From: Takakia lepidozioides
Lineage: Eukaryota > Plantae > Bryophyta
Reading direction: 5' to 3'
Assembly (NCBI GenBank): GCA_030704615.1
Contig: CM060733.1
Location: 20,894,001 to 20,958,000, forward strand
Length of the DNA: 64,000 bases
The translations under genes were made by a program, and so were the position numbers. The notes under the pieces were generated by a model. That model did not search any database and was not told the origin of the DNA. It worked only from the letters and a program-made list of their open reading frames with translations. Of the stretch, positions 13,202 through 27,900 are shown piece after piece. How positions within the stretch are numbered: position 1 is the stretch's first letter; the number at the start of each line of letters is the position of its first letter.

Positions 13202-15970
13202 AATTGGTTTGGGCGAGTCAAGATATTGTTGAAGTCCTGGGAGAATCCTCCGCACTGTCACGAGAAGACAGAAATGAAAGTTCTAAAGTGCTTGCTAACT
13301 CTTTCAGAAGCAAGGTGGCCAACCCAAGAGGGACAATATCTCATAGAAAGCACTGCAGAGCGAGAGTGTGCAAGTGCGAGCAACTAGATGGAGATCTGTG
13401 AGTGCGATGTTGTGAGGCACCACGGAACACATGAACTCTTTTTAAACGAGAAAGACGGTACGGCTTGGGAGGACGCGTGGTGACCTCCATCAGCGGCAGG
13501 TGGCAACATCTTAACGGAGAGATGGAGATCCATGGCATGATCATTTGACATTACGATATCTTCTCACACTCCATATCCACAGCGCTCCTCGCCCATTTGC
13601 AGCCTGCCACGCTCCGCAACATTCAACGATATTTCCAACGGCCGCTGATCCAGCCGCCATGTGTAAATGATAGCTGATTACATGGGCATTCCGTATTCCA
13701 TACATCTAAGTTACCGACATAAACTTGAGAGGTCCCAAGACTGCAACTCCCACTCATTTGAAGCCTCAACGCTACCCAGAAACAACCATCAACGCTAGCC
13801 ACTGATGACAACATCAGCATTCACAGAATCCAAGCTTTGCTGCTTTGCGATTGCTGTAGCGATTTAGTGAAATTTGCCGAAGAGGCACGCGGCGCTGCAC
13901 TTGTGATTGTGGGCCCACGACGGCAGGTCCACAGAGAGAGAGCCGGATTGGATGTGATATTTTTGTTCTCTATTGTGGTGGGCAGAACTGAGGGAGGTGG
14001 AGATTGCAAAAGAATGGCCATGCAAACATGGGGGTCTCCCTCACACTCTGCGATTTGATCCTGTTGCATCCAACACAAGCGGTCTCTTCATTGCCAAAAT
14101 TGTGAAACTCAGTGTGCAGTCCTGCCAGTCTAGTGCATCCCTTCAAGTTTCTCTGGATGGGGCCCCTGCTTTTACAAGCTGAGGCGCAGTGCCATATCTA
14201 CAGGAGCATCCTACTTTGGATTGGCCTTCCTTCAGGGCTTTTGTCCACTCATATCAAATGCGCAAGGTGGGTACTATTGAGTTTACTTGCGCACATTCCT
14301 GTCATAGTCTTCCCTGCAGCGTTTTTTAATATGGACGGTTTCCTTGCTTTTGTTGAGTTGTATAATGAACCAGTCCTGCATTTTTGTCTGTTGGGTGCCA
14401 GTTCGGATTGGACACATAATACAACATGAAGCTGAGGAAGTTGTTTGATGATTGTCAGGTGCTTGTAACTGAATCTTGGGCTCAAAAGAAGGATGGGTTG
14501 TGGGAGTGGGTGTCATTTCTTACCACTCTAATTAGTCTTCCAGGCATGAGGCATGTCTTTGACATACTTGTGGTCCTGTTGGGCTGTGAGAACGTGTGTG
14601 ATTCTTTCAACCATGCAGCATCCCAGCACACTGCAACTGTACTTAACAGTTCCCATCAGTGGCAAAGCTCAAGCCCAGCTCCCATCCGACAACCTCAAGT
14701 TAGATCCTTGAAGAGGAATTTTTGGAGCTTACTTTTTAATGATGATGGGCGAGACATCTGTAGGCAAGTTGAAATCATTCAATCTGGAAGCACCCAGGCA
14801 CCAACTTTACACTGAGGGGTGGCATACGTTCAAGTCAGAGAAACCCCACTAAGTCAAGCACTAGTGCTGGGCATCCACGTTCACACATCTCAAAGCCGAC
14901 TGATAGTGGAATGTGGATGGAGATGATAGTTGAAGGGTGACAGTCATCTGTATGAAGTTATGACCCTGCAAAAAAGTTCCTCACCCACACCCAGTTTGGA
15001 GGGTATGCCAGCTGCTCCAAAACATTTCTTGAAAACTTTCCTGGAAATGCTGGTATCAGTGGTTGAAACCCACTTCTGAATGCGGAGGCAGTGATGCTGG
15101 TAACAGTTAGCAATCATATCAAAGAAGACAATACGTGGTGATACATGGTGAAATCTGGAGCCAATCCTATCTCTTGGCAACACGTTCAACACAATCAGCT
15201 GTTCTCCAGTATGTTTTCCCTGTAATGTATGCTACCCTTTCCATAAGAGGAAAAATCATTTGATGTGTCCAATTACAACACATCATTCTGCGTAGTGGCC
15301 AATATCTTAGAGGCCGGCAGTCCCCGAAGTCCCTGAAGTGATCTGAAAGGGAACCCAAAAATGTTCAACTCAAGGACTTTAGTCTGTTGCACCACAAATA
15401 CGCATAGGTCTTTCTATCCCTCACATTTGAGTTTTCATGACCAGTGGATAGTGGAGGATCCAAATGTTGTCAATGGGACACTGAATGTATAGATTGCAGG
15501 TGCAGACTAGTCTATTTCCAACAACAACACAGAAATGACTACAAGGGACTGTTGGGAGACAGAAGATAATGTGGAAAATGGAAGGAGGGTCATAGTTAAG
15601 TTGATCATGACAGACGCTCATAGGGTACATTCAGCTGTGTTGCACGCGTGCACTGTTCTGTCCACAAGTTTGCCGCCTTTTCCACATGCCTGTATGCAAC
15701 GGCACATGTTTTATCAAGAACCTTCTCTACGGTCCTTTGACTTTCCTCCCACCTTTCTTTCCCACTCACCAGTCTCTTTGGGAATTTTCTTTCAGTCCGA
15801 TAAGCACTTCAGGCTTCCAGTGAATGCAATAACCTGTCCTTTCTTACTACTCGTCTCATGTTCCATGAAACCAGGTTTCGCAAGCATGGTTATCCTTTCA
15901 GACATACAGAGAGCCTACAAAGACCTGTCTTCTCTTCCTGGCCCCGAACTTCCATAAGGTTACAGGTGTT

Positions 15971-18900
15971 TCACTTTTTGCAGTATTTCATCTGGGGTTG
16001 TTTCTCTGGTCTTAAGCAGTTACGCTTCTTCACATGCACTAAAAATCCGGTCACTGTTTCAGCCTCACAACAATCGTTTTCCTGGGCTCTTTGAAGAGAA
16101 GATTTGGCAACAGACAATGCAGGAGATTTGCAGGAAGCTTTGCCCTCCAAGAGTCGAAGCAGGGTTCTAAGGATTGCACTTAAGCTCTCAAACAATCCTC
16201 ACTAGCAAAATGCAGAGAGCTCCTTACATCATTCCAAACTCACACGCAGATACTGCTGCTGCCTTGAATTCCACAGATGCTACCTTAACATTCCCTCTTG
16301 CAAAGGCAAGGCGAGCTTTGAATAACTTGTAATACACCCATCCAATCTCTGTATACCATGCAGTTACACCCGGTCAGAATTTCGTCTCTCTGAAATAGGG
16401 CTCAAACATCTGGCAAATGCATATATGGAGCATGTCATACAACCATGGTCAACATAAGAGGAAAAAGGCAAATCAAAACCAGAAACCCCATGGCAACTAA
16501 AAGGGAATGTTTGCTTAAACTCTTTATCAGTAACCTGGCTTATGATTAGCTTTGATTACTGCATAAACAACGAATTCAAAAAAGTCAAGGCTTACTATTG
16601 CCACAACCGATCAGGCTACCATGTTTTAAGTTGTTAGCAGTGTGCACCGTGACATATGCTGAGATGAAACAAAAGGCAACATCAAATTCAGGGAAGAAAT
16701 GAATCCCTTCTTCAGTGGGAGCCTCAAACCTATTCGGGCTGATACCAATTTCAGTCGATCAAGGAGAAGTTCAACAACTCGTTCCCTCTCTCTATTTGGT
16801 GGATCCAACAGCGTCTGGGTCCCCACAGACAGCAGAAAGAGCTCAATGGCCGAAGCTAAAGCCATTGGAAACACTGGAGTCAGGGGAGTAATGTTGATCA
16901 GCTGTGGTAGCAACATGGTTGCTTCTTGAATAACCTTCTCCCTCAACTGTATATGCAGTGAAGCTTCCCATCCCACGGCTCTCACCTGACCATTCGTACA
17001 AAGTGTCTGCTAAGACTATACATCCATTTGTTTGTCAATCTGTCTCCTCTTTTACTGATCTAATGCAGTTTCTTTTTGTTGGTGTGAAAGCAGTGTGGGA
17101 AGGATAAGGGAAAAACCCCAGAATTGTGCCTTCATGTACACACTCCATACACACAAAAATGAACTGTTAAACGGCAGGTGTAAAAAACAGATTTCGTAGG
17201 GCAGTTCCACTGCAGCTTTCTGTCTCTTTTTGTGCTTTGGATGCCCAACAATCTAGAAGGTATGCAAGCTTTATGAGCTTCTTTGAGATTTTTTGCTGCT
17301 GCTAAGGCAGCCTGAGATTTTGTTGAACACTTGCTTTTAAAGTAGCATTTTTTCAGCCTTCACCCACTTTGTGTGTCGGATTTCTTACGGTGCGCCATTG
17401 TTTGATTTTAGGGATGGTGCATATTTACTGGTCTACTACCATTATTGCTTTTCTCTCCAAAATTCCTTTTTGAAGTAGCATCAAACATGAATCAGATCCA
17501 GTGCCGTCCTTCATCCAAACCTTATCTCAACTGTCCAAATTTGACACAATAGAAAGGTGGTTCAGTAAAATGGTTTCTCTAAGGATAAACAACAAAGGAA
17601 GAATTTGAGAGACCGGTGACATTGTGTGTGACAAGCAAGAGCTCAATACTGACCTGCAAAGCCATTGAAGGGATTGAACAATGACTGGTGTCGAGTTGAG
17701 CTAAGTTATCTACAGCCTCCTGGTAGTGTCCCATACCGCTCAAGCTCGCTATCATCAAGAAAAGAGCCCAAACTCGCAGCTGTGGGTGATCTTTGCGAGC
17801 TGCAAGTAGTCTGAAGCCCTCTACGTGGCAAGCTTCAAAGTCACCCTGGTCAACCAAGCAATGGCATCAAAGGACCAAATAGTGTGAAATATTAAAACAA
17901 GGGCTCTCCACACATGCCTACTAATCACCAATTGTCTGATGCCCTAAACCTTTAGCACCCACTGGGTGAAAACGTGGTATTATCATCTAAGATTGCTGTA
18001 AGCTGCACACCTGATACAAATGGCCAATGGCCTTCAAGCAGTGGCATAGATCCATCTCTTTTTGCCCATGGCTGGCCTCATACACCCTTATTGCCTGTGC
18101 TGCATGAGATGCAGCCTTTGACCACTGGCCTGAACAAATATCATACAAACAACTGTTAGCGTGTCTATTTTTCTGTCACTATACCTTCCCCAGCCTTCCA
18201 GAGTCCTCGTGTAGAAGTGGGGCATGAGACTCCAGAGTGCAAGAGAACTATTGAGTATATATCTGTCCTCCAGACAATAGGTCTACATCCTTGTTGGCAT
18301 ACAAGTCAAGTTTATCCACAATGGATTATTGCATCATTGGGGATGATGTACGTTATGACCAAACTTTATCTTAACTTTTCCAAAGAAACCAATTTACCTG
18401 TGGATGTCATAAAGTTTCTCTTCACTCCAGTACCTTTAAAGTGCCATTTCATTTCATTTCATTTCTTTATTTGATGTTTCTTTTTTTCTTGTAATTCTGC
18501 TTGGTGCCTTTGGCCCCTTGGAGGTTATGAAGTTTGTGCATTCCCTTGTTACTTTGTCTTTCTCACAATCTGGTGCATGGACAACGGCCCTGGCTACGGG
18601 AAGCAAAGTGTAATAAGCACATCTATGTCTGCCTGCAGGCCTGGTTCTCCACCTCTGTAATTATAGCCCTCCTTAACTATGCCTCACCCTGCTTCCTGTC
18701 CTCTTCACCCACAGCTTGCCAATAGATTACAGACACAGTACCGTGCAATAAGTAGACAGATGCAAGGTTGTAATGGATATCCCCAGCTTGCACTGGAATG
18801 TGTAGAGACTCCACTTGGTGTGCCAAAAGCTGCAGACAAACTCTCATGTGCTGCTTGGCCCTCCATGTATTGTCTGCCACTAAGGCCAGCAAAGAATGTG

Positions 18901-21900
18901 CCCTTGCGACTTCTAAAAAAAGTTCCTTGCCTGCCTTTTCAGCGACAGAGAGACAACGCCGGCCTATAACCCTTGCCACTTGAAGGTCCTCCTGTGTATT
19001 CTTTGCACCACATGATAATCAGCCAAAGTAATTTGATCACATGAAATCTGGTTTGCGAATGGCACAAACAATAAGTAGGGTTCATAAGGCTAAAAAAATC
19101 TGAGAAACCTCCAGATATTATCTCAACGTAGAGGATGTGCATTGACTTGCCTTGTTGTTTATGGGGAATGAGACCTTCTGACAGATGGTGAGCTACATCT
19201 AGACAGATATTCAGCTCAAAGAAGTATTACTGGTTGGTGGTCCAAAAGCAATTCATTGATGCTGGGAGGCCAAAGAAAGTGATAAGAGGTGTCCTAAGTC
19301 CTGGAAGGAGATTCATTCTCGAGAGTGAAACTAGTCAAAGGTAAGAGATGCACCCGTTGAGTTTCCTAGAGTCACAGGCTGCTCCAGACTCCACCTGATC
19401 TATTCCCTTTTTTTCCGGTTACTTGCGTTGTGTCTTTGTTTCCCATGAAGAAAATGAAAAAATAGCTGAAACAACCTTTAGTTTGCAAAGTGGGCCATGA
19501 TCACCATTTACGGCTCCTGGCATCTTCAGAGAATGCAAAAGAGAAACCAATAATAGATGTTGCCTGTGACAGTACAAAGAACATGGATGTATAGCTTCCT
19601 TATAATTGTACATGGGCACCCTTGAAGAGACCAGAGAAGTGGTCTATCAAGCAAACTATGAGACTCCAGCACCTATGAGTTCTGGTTATATGTATTCTGT
19701 TGGAAAACCACTAGCATGTGGTCGGGCTAGGGATTGAACCTAGGACCTCCCCCATTCCGGTGGGGTGCTCTACCACTGAGCTACCCGTCCAGTTCTATTC
19801 TCAGAGTGTCGTGCAAGGGCTATAGCCTTGACACCTCCAACACTCCCCCTCAAGGCATAGTCCTTATAGCTGATGCCCACCCATTCTGACCACCGCCCCA
19901 ACCTTGGCTCTGATACCAAGTTGGAAAACCACTAGCATGTGGTCGGGCTAGGGATTGAACCTAGGACCTCCCCCATTCCGGTGGGGTGCTCTACCACTGA
20001 GCTACCCGTCCAGTTCTATTCTCAGAGTGTCATGTAAGGGCTATAGCCTTGACACCTCCGACATATTCTGTATCCCATGATCGTGGTTTGGATTCTGTGT
20101 GTCTTCGATTGTTGTCACACAAAGAAGACTCGTTTTACACAAGAGAGGGTTTCCTTCCCCTCTGGTTCCCCCTTGGACATAATCTTCAATTTCTTCTTAC
20201 AGTCAGGGTGGCAGCTTTGAGGACCAAAATACCTACCTCTATGAGGTACTTCTTGGTTGGGCTTTGTTCGATGATTACTGAAGACATAGTTTTTCTTGTT
20301 GTTCTACTTGTCCCATGAGCCCTTGGGGTCCCCCTGTCGACATTATAATATTTCAGAAAATGACGAGACAAGGGAAGTGAGAAAGACCATTTACCTTGAG
20401 GATTGCAAGGCTTGCAAGCTGGATCAATGCTTCACATCGGAAGGCCTTCTCTGGTCCATGTTCACCACATACCGAAACATAACCTTTCCTCCAAAGCATG
20501 ATTACTTGATGTACAGATTCCCGCAGAAAGAGCCCTAGCCCACAATTGCTGCACCAAAAACCGCTGTACCACCTAGGCAAGGGATCGGCGGGAAGGCTTT
20601 CCCCAATAATTTTAAGTGCCAATATTGTGTGCTGCCAGCCACTCTCAATGTTCCCAATCGCAACATAAGCTCTAGCCAAGTATTGGTGCCAGGTGGCAAC
20701 TCGCATGGGGTTGATGTGATCTCGGACAATGGTTCCAAGAGAAATAGCATTTTGGTAGTAATGGATAGCAGTCTCATACTGCCCAAACTCGAGCAGGGAA
20801 GTTGAAGCCTGAAACAAAGATCAAACTGCATTTTCTTAAAAGACCCCAAATTAAGAGCAAATGCCTTCATAACTACACATCTATTTCCATTGCGTCACGC
20901 CACAGTAGGTTTCAAGCCATTGGACAAAAGTGAAATTTTGAAATACAATGTGAGGCTGGAATGTCTGCATATAATGTGCCACAAAAACTTTCAGGCCATT
21001 GCCCAAAAGTCTTTGGAGTTTAGAAGTTAATAGTGTAGCCTTAGTTCTCCGTGATCAACTGACCAATTTGAAAAGACGAGATTTTTTGTTTGTGACACTA
21101 TAGAGATGAAAGATGGAATCAATTGTGGTATGTGTTGATCCAAATTACTTTCTCCAATAGTATTAGAGATATACTTGAGCTGGAAACATGGCATCTGTTA
21201 GGCTGGAAAGAGTGTGTCAAATTAGTACTCCAGCTAACAGAGCTTTGTCCCTCAATGTAAGACATGTTCTGTTGACAATCAGATTAACATTCAGATCCTT
21301 GTTTGTTCACGAGTTTCTGATTCTTTCAATTTTGAGTTTGCTCAGTTTGGTAACTGCACTCCAAATCTATGATGGTGAGAGAAGTGAAGACTCTCTGTCT
21401 TGTGTTATTCAAGATTGATCATGCCCCAGACCTTCACCAAAAACTAGAGGAAAGAGGGAAGTAACGCACAGCTTTCTCCCAGTGGTCAATGGCGATAGCA
21501 GCAAGACCTATCTCTATTTCCTCCACATCCTTGCAAGCCATAGTACAGTGGTGGGCAACACTCACACAGCGCATGCCACTAGTCCCTTTACTGAGCAGCT
21601 CTTTGGCCAGGTCAGCATGAATGCTGCGGCGCTGCTTGAAAGGTAGCACCTCATATGCCACGTCGCGGATCACCTGCTATACATACGTTACTCAGTCATC
21701 TCAGAAACTTCACTAACCACCAAGCAGATTTGGTAAAGGAGAAACAGCGATGATAGTACACAGATGAGGGAGAAAGCTGATCACCAGAAATTACGATTCC
21801 GCTAGAGCTTCTATTCATAGTTTTGTAGTGCAAACAGGGCTATATTGTGGGGCTACCTAGGTTTCATCACTTTAAAGCCTCATCTCACATCACTTTAAAA

Positions 21901-24900
21901 ACAACAATATGGTGCAATTCAATGGTGAGAATTGAAGGTAAGTACCAAGTTTGAGAAGGAATAGAACCCTTCTGGGTCAGTGGGCCAATGTGTAAGGAAA
22001 TTAAGTTTGTCCAGATTCTGCAGTCCAGCCTGTAGCTGCTGCTTGCTCATGCGTGTAGTATTATCCCTGTATATTCAACATGGGTTCCATCAATGTACTT
22101 TCCCCATCAAATCTTTGGGCTTCTACCCGTGTCCATTGGGCCTTATGGGCGTTGCACAGACATAATGAGATGTTTTTTCCTTCTATTCTATGCACTACAA
22201 GCCCTTGCCAAAAGGAAGGAGGAAGCCACCATAGATGCAATTGCGAGTCAAAACAGAATGGGCGTCAAAATGCACACCTGTGAAGCTGTTGGTTAACAAC
22301 AACCAACAGCGGGTCAACTGAAAATTTAAGGCCCATAACACTTGCCACCTGGAGCACACAGTCTCAGATTGAAGCTGCAGCATAATGACAAGGTAGTTTT
22401 AACAATTGCCTTTTGCTGTGAAAATAACCGTCTAGCTATGAATCACCAGCTTGGTTGAATTCCAAACATTCAGTTGCAAATCTGTTAACAGCAGTTCCAG
22501 AAATTGGGATTGAGATACCTCACAGCCTAGCTCGACTCCCCTGTTGCCAGTGGATGGGTTTCATGTTCAAGGAAACTCACCTTAAGAATCAGTGCTTGGG
22601 CCGGTTCCAAAAGGTCAATACGAGATGTGACTAGAGCATCCATGGAATGTGAAAAGCTGAACTTGTCGAGATCGAAAATGCAGTTTGATGATGCTTCGCA
22701 TGCCTCCAGCATACTTTTCGAGTTGATGTTCATGTCAATTAAAGCACTTGCCATTTGCTCAGCAAATAGAGGATGCCCCTGCAAACACAGAAACAAAAGA
22801 GAATGGTTCCAATGAAAGAGCAACCTGTGACTTTTTTGTATTGCAAGTTGAAGGTCTTTCACCTGACTAAACCATACAAAGAATTCCATTTTATGCTGGT
22901 CTGGCAGGATCGCACATCCACCTTGCAACCAGCAAGAATGTAATTGGTGCCCTACATAAAGTAAAGCCATGGAGGGCACCCAAACATTGTAAGCAACAAA
23001 ATTTGGTCCATTTAACCAAACCCTCAGATTAGATGGTTAACATGACTATCACATTGTTTGGTCACTAATCCCTGCCAGCTAGCTTCTTTGTCAGATACAA
23101 ACTGACAGCATTCAACATCCGTAAGGAAGAGATGTAAGAGTGAAACTCAAAGGCAGTGGCTTTTCATACTTGCTGGCTTTGGTTTTCACAAATATGTTTC
23201 AATGTAATGTTGAGTTAGGTGACACCATTTCATGAATTTGAGATACGCCTTCTGCAATGCTTGTTGAACAATACTTCTCAAAGATTACCCAGCCTTGCAA
23301 ATCCCAAATGCTCTTTCAAAATGAAAATCTGAAAGTGTAATGCAGAGAGCTGCCACGCTGTAGCTCATTGACACAACAGGAAGTTGCCAGCATCCATGTG
23401 CACAATGTAGGTGATATGTTAAGCATGGTCATGGTTTACTTTTGTAGGTCATATATCGAGGAAAGTCCTCTACAACCTTGTATCAGAACTGTTACCAAGT
23501 TGCACTCTTCATTTGTGGCATACGTACATGTGTCCTAACGAAGATGGCCTCAAGTATCTTGTCAGGAATTTCTGTTGAAGCTTGTAACGAGAACCTGATC
23601 TTTTGACGAACCAGCTCTTGTGTGGCAATTTCACTCAGCTCCCTGTTTTAAGCAAGTGGAAGTTAGGTGAGAATACTGTTCCTCTCTAGAAAAGATCAGT
23701 TGAAACTCAACAGGTTTTCGTTGATGAAATTATAATCTAAAAAGTCTCTGGAACTATCAATCACAAGCTCAGCAGACAGAGAAATAGCAGCCAGAGAGTC
23801 AACTAACTGCTGCCTGATGAGGGAAGTGTGGCCAGGCTCACCCGCTCCAATGGAAGTAAGAGCCAAACTAAGATGAGTAGAAACTCTAGTCTCTACACAC
23901 CAGCACCAACCAAATGTCCTAGGAACTCAGCTCAATCGAGATCCCAACATGCAAGAAATTCAAGCTGCCATGATCCAGATCAAAACCCGGCACCAGCAGA
24001 TCACAATCTGATTCAATCCTACCAATGGGACATCTTTCCTTATCTCTCCAAATTCAAGCTGCCATGATCCAGATCAAAACCCGGCACCAGCAGACCACAG
24101 TCTGATTCATCCTACCAATGGACATCTTTCCTTATCTCTCCATCTCTGCTCACTCTTGCAAAGGACTTGCCTGAGATGAATCATCAGAGTGCTATCAGTC
24201 TGAATAAGGGCAGTGTACTCCTTGGGTGCATGGCACCCAAAGGGCCGGCATGCAGCCACTACCAGAATGCCACGTTCATGCTTGTTGGTGACTCCCTTCA
24301 GAACACCCCATGATGGCTTGTCGAGAAGCTGCCATGTGTTTTGTCAAGGACAATTGACGAGAGTTCACTTCAATGGATACCTGCTTATACAAACATTGCT
24401 TCTCCTTGGACTTACCTGCAAGTGTAACTAGGGAATGGAGAAAAGGATACATGAGCATCCTCCACAAAAATTATGCATGGCTTTGAAACAAGTGATAGTA
24501 AAAGCTCCTGAATAAGCCGCCCTATCCGTTGGACCCGAACATCCGCCGAAGCCCTCTTGCTATCAGACACCTTTTTGGTCTCTTCCTTTTGTTTCCAAGA
24601 CTCGGTTAAGTTTCTTCTGGAATCACCTTGTCTGTCTTTGGAAGAAAAATCCTCTGTTGAATGCGGCCTCTCGCCGTGGTTATCTAGTGAAACAGATCCT
24701 ATTCTTTCTTCCAATTCTTGAACTGCAGGCAGCTACAGATTTACATCAGTACCTGCCAATCAGACTGGAGCTCTCACTTGAATTTCCCCATTTGCCTGCT
24801 GAATCATCCACAATGGTAGGAACCGTGACAGGTCCCCTGCAGATATCTATTCTAGAATGTTCAATTGGATAAGGTAACGCAAAAAGGAAGGTAAGTCCAT

Positions 24901-27900
24901 CCACTGGAAACAGAGAGACAACAGCTTGTTTGTGGTTGCAAATGACTCACCAATCGGTTCGGTGGTGGAACCCAGCTGGACCGCCAGCTCTGCTTCATTT
25001 CTGGCAGACGGATCAGGTGCAGATGTCATAGATGAAGCTTTGGAAGATTTCATGATCTCAGAGACTTTGAGGGGACTCTTCCTCTGGGGGCTGATGGAGG
25101 AAATCAACGTTGCTCCTTGGGCAGCAAGCTGCAAAAAACTGGAAATGTGCCGAGGAACTGCTTCCTATAGAACAGACAAATCAATTTTGGGTACACATCA
25201 ATCCTTTCTGCCTACTGAACATACGGCTCTCTCTTTGATGAAAGACAGAATGTTCTAAAGTTTGTCTTTCTGTTTCCTTCTTTCATCCACCCCTGAAAAT
25301 CTCAAGGCTGAGCCTAAAGCCCTGGCCCTGGTGGGGTTTAACTTTTGGGCTGCTCAGATAGATGCTTGTGAGAAGGGCTTTCTAGAGGATATCTGGAAAT
25401 CCTGCACTAATTGTTTATATTGGGGTAAGTCACACTACTGGAGTGAGCTCCTCACAAAGGTAGTGCCTATTCCCTATGTTTCCGTGAAAGATTACATAGG
25501 ATAGGGATCCCTCCTGACATTATACGGGCCATTTTATCCATGTACAAGACTGTCATCGGCATGGTCAAGGTTGCAGGAGAGTTCTTAGCAGAGACAGCAA
25601 CATTGGGGTCAAACAAGGCTGCCCTCTCTCACTACCCTATTTGGCATCTACATATATGCTCTGGAAGGATACATTGTAGGGCAAGACTGCCTGCATATGC
25701 CTTCAGGCCAAATGCAAACAAATACACCTGCACCACCCTCCCACCAAAAAGTGGCTCTTCGACACGGTTGTCACTCTTGCCACCACTTATGGCTGTGAGT
25801 TCTGGGGAGCTGGTGTCCCAGTTTCCTGGTGGGAAACAAATCTAGGACCGCTGCAATCGCCTTTCCTCCAAGGGATGCTTGGAGCTAGAGGGACAACACC
25901 ATCACAATACTATGTGCAGAATTTGCATGTGACCCACTCCAAACCGAGGCCATCTTCCAGTTTACAATCCTTCTTACAAGGTTACAAGCCCTTCCACCCA
26001 GAGGGTTCACAGCCAGGGCCCTCACAACATCTATCAGGCTCAAAACAGCTGGCTTCAAACACTCTTGGTATGCTTGGGTGTCCAACTTTTTAAGCCCAAT
26101 GGACTCTCAATTGCTTCCCTACTGCCGCAAAATAAGGAGGGGGTGGATACTGCGTCCAAACAGGACCGCAATAGATGCATCAGAAGAGAACTTAGGGAAC
26201 TGCACATCAGGCGGACATGGAAACCAGCCACTCTAACAACAAAACTGCACTTCTATCAGGAGACATTCTTGGTTCTCCATGATGACCCCTCTCTCTTACT
26301 TGTTTCTTGAAACTGAAGAACACTTCTACTTTTATTACCTCTATATTACGAGATCCGTGGGAGATTCCACTGTCTATTCTGCGGAACTTAACTGAAGTCT
26401 TCCACTATGAGGATCAGAAATGCCTGGCAGCTTGCCTGCACGAGGCCTTGACCCTTAGACAATCCCTTGAGCAGTAGTTGCTTTTGGGCTGTTTCATTTG
26501 GCTCTGGTTTTGTTTCCTCTCTCATCTTTTTTTTTTCCCATTTTGTCCCATAAGCTCTTTGAGCTTTCCGCAGATGTTATAAAGTACCATTTCATTTCAT
26601 TTCATTTCTTCCTCTTGTCCCATAAGCTCTTTGAGCTTCCCACAGATGTTATGAAGTCCCATTTCATTTCTTAAGAGACTCCCAGTCTTTGGGAGAGGCT
26701 TTAGCTTCAAGCAGCTGAGGTGTCTGGCTGCTTTTTTCTCTCCTTTCTTGCTTCCTCCACCTCCTGTGGATATTTTCCTAATACTCTGTCATGCCCTGCA
26801 GGCTGATTAACAGTGGGTGCATGTAGAGTTGACAGTGGTGGTAATAACTTAATTACTCTGCTGAGTATGGACACAAAAGGGCACACTCAAGTTTGAGACA
26901 AGCTAGAGTAAGCTCCATCCCACCAGTTGGACATTTTGATTGCAATGTATGGCCATACTCACACTATTCGGATATATCCTGCAGGCCACTGACCCTAAGT
27001 CTATAGCATCCATATCATGTATAATTACGGACATATGACTGCATAATCCCCCTACAGTTCCACAATATTATGAGAACCTAATTTGTACAACCTAGAATCC
27101 TCTTTGAATGCTCTTCAACTAAGAATGTCTCAGTTGTAATCAGCAATATGTTAGGATTTTTGTGAGAAACTAAACAAGCCAAACACACCTTGTGCTCAAA
27201 ACTGTCCCTGGAACGTATCGGTGGATCGCTTTCCAATCGCTTGAAATTCTTCCCTGTGTTGACTGATGGAATTCGACTCCTCCTTGTATGACTAGGCTGC
27301 TGCACTAAACACAAGTCTACAGTATATATATTGCAAAATTTTGCAAACTGTCGCCTCCAAATACAACCATAACTGTTGGAGAGGAGCCTCCATACACGTA
27401 CTAGCTACGGTAGCCAATATTGCCTTACCATCAAGCATATGGACATGATATGGCACTATGCAACTTAAACATGTTTCAGCGACTTTGCCTAAAAAGCGAT
27501 GTAGCAGCAGTCAGGTAGACCCATAGAGATACTAAATTGTCTAGGCTTTCGTATGATGCATGTCTTATATCAGAGTGTCAGACTCCTGCCCATTAAGATA
27601 ACCCAGAACCTAAGGCACCATTTCAAAAAAGCTGGCACAAGTGGCCTTGATTACTCTCTTTCCTAGTGTACACTCCTTGTCATTAAGAATGTGGATATAC
27701 TACCCATGATAGCTTCTGTAATCAAGACAACTAGAGAGAAGCAAGAAAGAAGTTTTGGATCTTCACCTTAAACTTAATCTTTAGGATGTCCTTCAACAAA
27801 TGGGCATGTCGTATAGACGAGACGGGCAAATTCTGCAACACCAGCAGCCCTCTCTCTTCAGGGCTTGACCTTGGGTCGAAGCAGAAAAGGTCTCGTATTA

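Larger units (their letters stand above)
19698..20063 (-). mobile_element. TRIM (non-autonomous LTR retrotransposon) with tRNA-derived LTRs, in an intron of the cyclase gene
   Basis: Two 145-bp direct repeats (19698-19842 and 19919-20063) with about 4 mismatches and outer TG...CA ends. The minus strand has a PBS TGGTATCAGAGCC (19918-19906) and a PPT TGAGGGGGAG (19852-19843). A 5-bp TSD, TATTC, flanks it at 19693-19697 and 20064-20068. Confidence 0.95.

Noticed and set aside
13620-15960. Additional coding exons or a separate gene downstream of the cyclase
   Set aside because: Only short ORFs with no recognisable motifs, and no consistent splice path could be built.
19719-20011. Two functional tandem tRNA genes
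   Set aside because: They have an acceptor-stem mismatch and an irregular anticodon loop, and they sit inside LTRs with PBS, PPT and TSD. They are better explained as TRIM components.
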